From Paramoeba atlantica (lineage: Eukaryota > Protista > Discosea): 43,380 nt of DNA. Position 1 is the first letter of the stretch; each line of letters begins with the position of its first letter. Of the stretch, positions 35,655 through 43,380 are shown piece by piece. The stretch lies in NCBI GenBank assembly GCA_977017575.1, contig CDRNVI010000206.1, positions 1 through 43,380 on the forward strand. Reading direction: 5' to 3'. A program made the position numbers and the translations under genes. Below the pieces are notes generated by a model. It made no database searches, had not been told where the DNA came from, and saw nothing but the letters and a program-made list of their open reading frames with translations.

Positions 35655-36250
35655 TTTTTCAAAAGTATGCTCACATAAAAGGTCTATAAAAATCTCTCAA
35701 TATCAAAAAATGAAAAATAAAAATAATAGAGTAGTGTAAAAACATCAAATGAATCTTAAAATAAAGAAAATCAATTTGAGATTTATTTATTTTGTTTTTA
35801 TGTAGGGAGCAATAATATTATTTGTTATAATAGGGAAACAGAGCCAAAAGTCCCAAAAGTATGTTTACAAAAGGATGCTGTAAAAATCTCTCAATATTAA
35901 AAAATGAAAAATAAAAATAATAAGGTAGTGTAAAAACATGAAGTTAATCTATGTTTAAAGAAAACTTTGAAAAATTTTATATATTACCCTCTTATGTAGG
36001 TACCAATTCATTGATGTTTTTTTATATGTAAAATACATAGAAAAAATACTCATATTTTTGGACTCTATAAAAATCTCTCAAAATGAAAAAATGAGAAATG
36101 AAAGTAATAGAGTAGTGTAAAAATATGAAATTAATCTATGTTTAAGGAAAACCATGAAAAATTTTATATATGACCTGATAATGTAGGGAGGAGACTAAAA
36201 TTATATGTTTGTATGTAAAAATCATATAAATGTTTTCTCAATTATTTTTG
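35655..36250. repeat. Degenerate ~190-bp tandem repeat, 3 copies
   Basis: AAAAATCTCTCAA...TAGTGTAAAAA.AT...ATGTAGG, with core ends at 35700, 35894 and 36081. Confidence 0.85.
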
Positions 36251-36560
36251 TTCTATGAGACAAAATCAAAAATCTGGCTGGTCCAAGTTTTAGAAAATAG
36301 TTTTTTTTATTATGTTATCAAAAAAAATGAGTTCCAGCTCACTTGTTTCCTCAATATGTAGGGTACCACTTTAAAGTCCTATCATTATATGTGAATTTCA
36401 TACATAAGACCTCTTCGTAAACTGCCTATAACTTTTTGTGACATATTCGGATTTTAAAAAAAAATATGCCATTAGGAAGACAAAAATGAGGCGCATCTTT
36501 CTACCAGTCTCGATTTTCCGAATTGTGAAAAAAAGTGATTCAAAACAAAGTAATTAGGCC

Positions 36561-36900
36561 CTAAACCCTAATTTCATTTAATGAGATTGAAGGTTCTTTT
36601 AGTGTTTGTTTTGGCAGTTTCTCATTCCCTTTCATTGCCATAATCAAAAATGGAGAACAAAATGAAAAAAAGTCTGATTTATTTTTTAACCAATCAAATA
36701 TTGATATGTTGGCACCATACAAAAATTCCATAATGGGGAGGAGAAAATGGAAAGCAAACAGAGCAGCAGTGATGAATGTGAGAATGGCTCCAAATGGACA
36801 AACCAAGAACTGACAGGATTGTAACACCAATGACTCCACCAGTTCCCCCTTTGGACCTTGATTTTACATATCTTGGAATTCATTCCAGGTTTTTTTCTTT
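36561..36900 (-). pseudogene. Frameshifted membrane-protein 3' exon, paralog of 24642-24750
   Basis: GGTGGVIGVTILSVLGLSI joins FGAILTFITAALFAFHFLLP only through a 4-nt deletion relative to the 24.7-kb paralog. The ORF ends on a TAGGGTTTAGGG motif at ~36560-36573. Confidence 0.35.
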
Positions 36901-37009
36901 GACTTTAAAATCAAAAAAAAAATATTTACTCTGTGAATTAGTGTTTATGAAGATGTTCTTCATTATTCATTTCAAAGGTATTTTGAAAAGCAGGGTTTTG
37001 TTATTTCAA

Positions 37010-37435
37010 GGGTTGGTGTCTGTAGTTTAGTTATAAATTCAACTATGTCCAACCTTGGAGGGGTGAGTTCAAATCCCAGTTTTTCAATATTATAGAAAAT
37101 TTTTCTGGTGCTGTAGAGTGATTTGATTGGAGTGAGGAGCTTTTGAAGAAGTGTGAAAATCAGAACAGGTTACATCTCAGCCCTGTTTGCTAAAAAGTTG
37201 AGGATAAATTCCCTTGGAAGGAGCTTTGGATTATTCTCTCTTCTGATGTGCATCCTCTAGCCTGAACTTGCAGAAGTTCTAAAGTTCAGCATAAAGACCA
37301 ACTGAACTAAGCTGAAGTTTAAAACTTCACCTCTCATTAGAGGTTAAAAACAAATATAATTTAATGTAATTCAAATGGCTTAGATTAAAAACTACTAATT
37401 GAATAAAGTCTGCCTCAAAAAGAAAAAAAAAAAAA
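37010..37435 (+). mobile_element. tRNA-derived SINE (426 bp) with A-rich tail and 17-18-bp TSD
   Basis: TSD (A)GGGTTTTGTTATTTCAA at 36992-37009 and 37436-37453. A-box-like TAGTTTAGTTA at 37023 and B-box-like GAGTTCAAATCCC at 37065, with T8-T54 spacing of 45 nt as in tRNA. AATAAA at 37402 and an A-tail at 37417-37435. Confidence 0.85.
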
Positions 37436-37759
37436 AGGGTTTTGTTATTTCAAAGGGAAAAGGGGAAATGGTCCATCCTTCTAGAGAAAGTGAGCACTCA
37501 GATCAACAATCTTCAGAAAGGGGGACAAACAATCTAAAGAAGATGGAAGAGTAGAAGGAAGAGAAGAAGGAAGAGAAGAAGAAAGAGAAGAGGGAAGAGG
37601 TAGAATAGAGCAAGAGAAAGAGGCAGAAAAAGAAATTTTTCTAGTTTCCCACTTTTAAATTCCAAACAAAAAAACAAAAAACAAAAAAAAACAAAATTTC
37701 TTTTTCAATGTAAAAAAAATAAATACAAGAAAATTTTTTATTCTCTTTATTGAAAGATG

Positions 37760-37990
37760 AACTCAAGACATCAAAGAGTCAAGTGACAATCTTTTAGACA
37801 TCTCAGAAAGTCTCCAATTGTTAACCTCATTGATGGGGATCCTGCTTCAATTGAAATCTCAATCCTCTTTCAAGCAATTCTTTTATTGACCACATCCCAA
37901 CATTTCTCAATTGGGTTCAAATTGGGAGAGTTTGGGGGGTTCCACAGAAGGAGATTGCTCCCTTTTTATTAATCCATTTGGTGATATAGT
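37760..37990 (-). mobile_element. Tc1/mariner/IS630 transposase C-terminal fragment
   Basis: Translation LLLWNPPNSPNLNPIEKCWDVVNKRI matches the W-P-x-x-SPDLNPIE-x-x-W catalytic-E motif. A frameshift lies upstream and a stop downstream. No TIR was identified. Confidence 0.8.
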
Positions 37991-38009
37991 ATTCAACAAT
38001 ATTTCTTAA

Positions 38010-38146
38010 TTTTTCCTCACTGGGATCCAAACCCATGACCTCTCATTAAACAATTTTTGTTAAGTTAAAACCCATTTAGCAATTGACTATGCTATCTGTG
38101 CACAGATAGCATAGCCAGTTGCTAAATGGGTTTCTGACTTGACAAA
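38010..38146. other. Spacer-less ~91-bp palindrome (centre 38100/38101) overlapping a degenerate tRNA-like head on the - strand
   Basis: Arms 38056-38100 and 38101-38146 pair with 4 mismatches and 1 indel. The - strand reads GATAGCATAGTCAATTG...AGGTCATGGGTTTGGATCCCAG (A-box- and B-box-like). Confidence 0.75.
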
Positions 38147-38482
38147 CAGAGTTGCATTTTGGTTCTTCTTCTCCATTGGGAATTTGAATGTTTTAACACT
38201 CATCAAATTTTTTCCTCATGATATGACTCAGTGGGGAAAGTGTGACTCTTCTATGAAGGGTGTGAATTCAACTCAGTTGGAGAAGAAGTTTTTCTCATGA
38301 AAATGTTAAGAAATTTTGAACTTTGGGTTTCACCCTCCTCCACCAAAGTTCTGGGCCCAGAATTTTCAAGAAAAATTTTTTTTTTGTTTTTTTTTGAGCA
38401 TTTAGAAACCTTCAATGGCATAAAATTTTGCTGTGCTCCCTTAAAAAAAAAAGTGAAAAAATAAAATCAAATAATTTATTCA

Positions 38483-41400
38483 TTATTTTAAAAGAAGAAT
38501 TGCAAGATCAATATTTGATTTTTCTTTTTCCAACAACAGTTGAACAATTTGTTTATGCTCTTTTTGAGCAGCAATAGAAAGAGGGGTTTCTCCATCCTTT
38601 CATTTAATAATAGAAAAATAAGAAAATATGATGAGAAAAGAAACAAAAAAAAATAAACCAATCTTGAAAGATCAGGATTTGCTCCTCCTTTTTCCAATAA
38701 AATTTGAACAATTGGTTCATATCCATTTTCAGCAGCATAGAAAAGGGGAGTTGTTCCATTCTTTTAATCACAAAATAGAAAATTGAGAAAGGAAATAAAA
38801 AAATAAAAATAAAGTAAAAGAATAAGAATCAACAAAGAACCTGCTCTGCAAAATTAACATTTGCTCCATTTTCCAATAAAATTTGAACAATTTGTTTATA
38901 TCCATTTTGAGCAGCAATACAAAGAGGAGTTGTTCCATCCTTAAAAACAAAAAAAAAAATAAAAAAATAAAAAGTGAAAAAAAATAGAAAAAGGAAAAAG
39001 AAACAATCAACAAAATAACACCTTATCTGCAAGATTGACATTTGCTCTATTTTCCAATAAAATTTGAACAGTTTCTTTATGCCCTTCTTGAGCAGCCATA
39101 AAAAGGGGAGTTAATCCATCCTTTTTTTTAATTTAAAAAAAAAAAAATGAGAAACTGAAAAAAGAAAAAGAAAAAGAAACAATCAACAAAATAACACCTT
39201 ATCTGCAAGATTAACATTTGCTCTATTTTCCAATAAAATTTGAACAGTTTCTTTATGCCCTTCTTGAGCAGCCATAAAAAGGGGAGTTAATCCATCCTTT
39301 TTTTTGATTTAAAAAATAGAAAAATGAGAAAGTGAAAAAAAAGAAAAAGAAAAAGAAAAAGAAAAGAAACAATCAACAAAATAGCACCTGATCTGCAAGA
39401 TCAACATTTGCTCCTCCTTCCAATAAAATTTCAACAATTTGTTCATGTCCTTTACCAACAGCAATATAAAGAGGAGTTCTTCCATTCTTTTGAAAAAAAA
39501 AATGAGAAAAGTGATGGGAAAAAAAAATCAAATCAAGTCAATTAAAATAGAATAATAAGAGAATTACCAGCTCAGAGTAGAAAAAAAAAGAAAAAGAAAA
39601 AAAATGATCAATAAAATAACACCTTATCTGCAAGATCAACATTTCCTCCTTTTTCCAATAAATTTTGAACAATTTGTTTATGTCCATTTTTAGCAGCAAC
39701 ATAAAGAGGAGTTCCTCCATACTTTTTGTTTTGAAAAAAAAAAAAAAAAAATGAGAAAGTGAAAAAAAAAAAAAGATTCTTCCATCCTTTTAATAAAAAA
39801 ATAGAAAAGCTTTCATATTCAATTTAATAAAAAAAGAAAAGAAAAAGAAATAATTAAGAAAAGAAAAACCTGATCTGGAAGGTTGACATTTGGTTTTCCT
39901 TTTTCAAATAAAATTTCAACTATTTGTTCATGTCCTTTTTGAGCAGCAATACAAAGAGGAGTTTTTCCATCCTTTTTTGATAAAAAAAAAATATCATTAT
40001 GTGACAAAAAAAGTTTCTTTCATTTCAAAATAAAGAAAAAATTTAAAAATTGAACCCTTCTTTGAGAATTGACATTTGCTTTTCCCATAACCAATAAAAG
40101 TTCAACAATTTGTCTATGCCCATGATAAGAAGCAATATTAAGTGGAGTTTGTTTGAAATCCTGAAAGAACAAAAAAGGGAAAGAATGAAAAATAATATTT
40201 TTGTTTTGTTTTTTGAAGTTCTCACCTTTTTTTAAAATTACAAAATAAAGTTAAAAAAAAGAACCAATTCTGCAAGATCAACATTTGCTCCTCTTTCCAA
40301 TAAAAGTTGAACAATTTGTTCATGACCCTTTAAAGCAGCAACATAAAGGGGAGTGAACCCACCCTTTGATGAAAAAAATTGCAGATAAATGGGAAAAAGA
40401 AAGTGAGGAAAAAAAAAAGAAAATTCAATTCAATTATACAACAAAGAAATACCAAATAATTTTTAAATGTTTTGATATATTTTCATCACAAGAAACACAA
40501 AACTCTCTTTTCAAATTTTAAAAAAAAAGAAAACCTTTCTTAGCAAATCCACATTTGGTTTTCCTTTTAAAAGTAAAATTTGAACAATTTTTTCATGTCC
40601 AATTAGAGCAGCAATATAGAGAGGAGTTGCTCCACTCCTCTGATTTTAAAAAAAAAATTAGAAAGTGAAAATAATAATAATAAAAAAAAAAAAATATAAA
40701 AAAAAAATTACCTCAGTTGCAAGATTAACATTTGCTCCTTTTTCCAATAAAAGATGAACAATTTGTTCATGTCCACTGTGAGCAGCACTATAAAGAGGAG
40801 TGAACCCACCCTTTGACCAAAAAAAAAAAATAAAAAAATGAAAAAATAAAATAAAAAAAAAAGTCTTTTCCAACCAATTCAACAAAAGAAATCTCAAATC
40901 TTTGAGTGTTTTTGATATGCTCATCCACAAAAAACAAAATTCTTAAAGAAAAAAAAGAGAAAAAAACCTTTATTTGAGAATTGACATCTGCTCCACCTTT
41001 TTTTAATAAAATTTGAACAATTTGTTCATGTCCATTTTGAACAGCAATATAAAGAGGAGTTTCTCCACCCTTTTTAAAATCAAAAAGAGATGAGAATATG
41101 CAATAAAACTAAAAACTAAACCAATCCAGCAAGTCAAAAAATAACTAAACTTCTTTTGGAAGATTAACATTTGGTTTCCCTTTTTCCAATAAAATTTGAA
41201 CAATTTGTTCATGTCCATTTTCAACAGCAATAAAAAGGGGTGTTCTTCCATCCTTTAAATTTTTTAAAAAAAAAAAAAGAAAAAAGAAAGAAAAAAAGAA
41301 TATCTAAACCCTGCCAACTCAAACAAATCAAAAAAAATTAAAAAGAAACCTCAGTTGCAAGATCAACATTTATTGGTTTTCCTTTTTCCAATAAAATTTG

Positions 41401-43380
41401 AACAATTTGTTCACATCCATTTTGAGCAGCAAGAAAAAGAGGAGTTACTCCATCCTTTACATTAAAAATAGAAAAATGAAAAATTGAAAAAAAGCTCAAA
41501 AAGAAAAAGAAAAGAAAAGAACTTTTGTTTGAGAATTGGCATTTGCTTTTCCTTTAACCAATAAAAGTTCAACAATTTGTTTATTTCCACCAAAAACAGC
41601 ATGATAAAGTGGAGTTGCCCCACCCTTGAAAGAAAAAGAGAGAAAAAATGAAAAATAAAAAATAAAAAATCGTTTTTTTTTGTTTTAGAACATGAATATT
41701 CAATCCATTTTTCGTTTTTCAAAATCAAAAATAAGAAGAACCTCTTTTGCAAGATCAACATTTGCTCCTCTTTCCAATAAAATTTGAACAATTTGTTCAT
41801 GTCCCTTTTGAACAGCAATAAGAAGAGGAGTTTCTCCATCCTTTACATTAAAAAAAAAAATAGAAAAATGAGAAACTGAAAAAAAAAAAAAAAAGAAAAA
41901 GAAACAATCAACAAAATATAACCTTAGTTGCAAGATCAACATTTGGGTTTCCTTTTTCCAATAAAAGTTGAACAATTTGTTCATATCCATTTGCAGTAGC
42001 AATATAAAGAGGAGTTGCTCCATCCTTTACATTAAAAAAAAATAGAAAAATGAGAAACTGAAAAAAAAAAAGAAAAAGAAAAAGAAAAAAGAATCAAACA
42101 AAAATACAAAAGAGTGAAAAGAAAAAGAAATTAAAGAGCATCAAGGTTCAAAAAAAAATAGAATAAGAGAAGAACATAATCTGCAAAATCAACATTTGCT
42201 TTTCCTTTTTCCAATAAAATTTGAACCATTCGTTCATCTCCATATTCAGCAGCAATAGAAAGAGGAGTGTACTCAGCATTGTGACAAAAAAACTTTGTAA
42301 AAACAAAAGAAAAAATCGAAAATGAGAAAAAGAAAAGAAAAAGAAAAAAGAAAAAAAAAACAACAAATTTTAAAATAGAATTAAGAAGAAGAAGAACCGC
42401 AGTGCCATAATCAACATTTGGGTTTCCTTTCTCCAATAAAAGTTGAACAATTTGTTCATATCCTTCTTCAACAGCAACATAAAGAGGAGTTTTTCCCTCC
42501 TTTTGGATTAAAAAAAAAAAAATGAGAAAAATGAGAAGGGAAAAAAGAAAAAGAAAAAAAAGAAAAATCTTCAACTCACCAAATCAAAGAAACAATTAAA
42601 AAGAAACCTCATCTGCAAGATCAACATTTGGTTGTTCTTTTTCCAATAACATTTGAACAATTTGTTCATGCCCTCCTTCAACAGCAACATAAAGAGGAGT
42701 TTTTCCATACTTTTTGATTCAAAAAAAATGAGAAAAAATAAGAAAAGAAAAAGAAAAAGATTTTCTCAACCCTGACCAACTCAACAAATCAAAGAAACAA
42801 TTAAAAAGAAACCTCATCTGAAAGATCAACATTTGGTTTTCCTTTTTCCAACAAAAGTTGAACAATTTGTTCATGTCCTTTTTCAGCAGCAATATAAAGA
42901 GGAGTTTTTTCACTCTTTTGGTTAAAAAAAGGAAAAATGAGAATAGAAAAAAAAAAAAAAGGAGATCTAAACCCTGCCAACTCAATAAATCAAAAAAAAA
43001 AAAGAACCTTATGCGCAAGATCAACATTTGATTTTCCTTTTTCTAATAAAATTTGAACAATTTGTTTATATCCATTGTCAACAGCAACATAGAGAGGAGT
43101 TTCTTCATCCTTTTGATTAAAATAAAATAGAAAAATGAGAAAGTGAAAGAAAAAAGAAAAAAATAGAAAAAGAAACAAAATCAACAAAAGAACCTCAGTT
43201 GCAAGATCAACATTTGGTTTTCCTTTTTCCAATAAAATTTCAACAATTTGTTCATGTCCTTCTTCAGCAGCAACATAAAGAGGAGTTACTCCATACTTTT
43301 GATTAAAATAAAATAGAAAAATGAGAACATGAAAAGAAAAAAGAAAAAAATAGAAAAAGAAACAAAATCAACAAAAGAAC
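38483..43380 (-). CDS. Multi-exon ankyrin-repeat protein (at least 24 repeats, one per exon; 5' part beyond the window)
   Basis: Phase-0 GT-AG exons: 43194-43295, 43008-43109, 42813-42914, 42608-42709, 42398-42499, 42176-42271, 41923-42024, 41742-41840, 41523-41624, 41350-41454, 41151-41252, 40968-41069, 40712-40810, 40535-40639, 40265-40363, 40056-40160, 39870-39971, 39623-39721, 39388-39486, 39198-39296, 39022-39120, 38841-38939, 38659-38760, 38483-38596 (TAA at 38483-38485). Consensus [25 protein letters not shown](K)xNVDLAxx. No internal stops were seen. Confidence 0.93.

Noticed and set aside
37010-37085. Functional tRNA gene here or at 38010-38100
   Set aside because: Acceptor, D and T stems do not pair; the first has a TSD and A-tail typical of a SINE.
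36240-38440. Possible long TIR pair (TATGCCATT and AAAAT.CTGG..CC.AG shared in inverted orientation) enclosing the Tc1 fragment
   Set aside because: The matches are too short and gapped in AT-rich DNA to define termini.

Overview
This is the left end of a eukaryotic chromosome: about 99 plant-type (CCCTAAA)n telomere repeats followed by about 42.7 kb of AT-rich, intron-rich subtelomere. The organism cannot be named from sequence alone; the short U-rich introns suggest a protist. The terminal 8.3 kb (699-9020) is a direct duplicate of an internal block (25739-33470) and is capped by telomere in the middle of that block. The interval between them is mostly decayed mobile DNA: a CAC...GTG MITE, a Ulp1-like remnant, a deleted Ty1/copia element, a P-superfamily transposase pseudogene with a C-terminal C2H2 finger, and a TET/JBP-like dioxygenase plus PHD-finger remnant. 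The internal copy carries a 5'-truncated LINE with an archaeal/plant-type RNase H and a perfect 16-bp TSD. Further right are a tRNA-derived SINE with TSD, a Tc1/IS630 fragment and a roughly 90-bp palindrome. The only apparently intact gene is a minus-strand ankyrin gene with 24 visible exons, each one repeat, all phase 0, with variation concentrated at the binding-surface positions. Most ORFs in the supplied track are artefacts of low-complexity purine/pyrimidine tracts. All family assignments are by-eye motif recognition; no searches were run.
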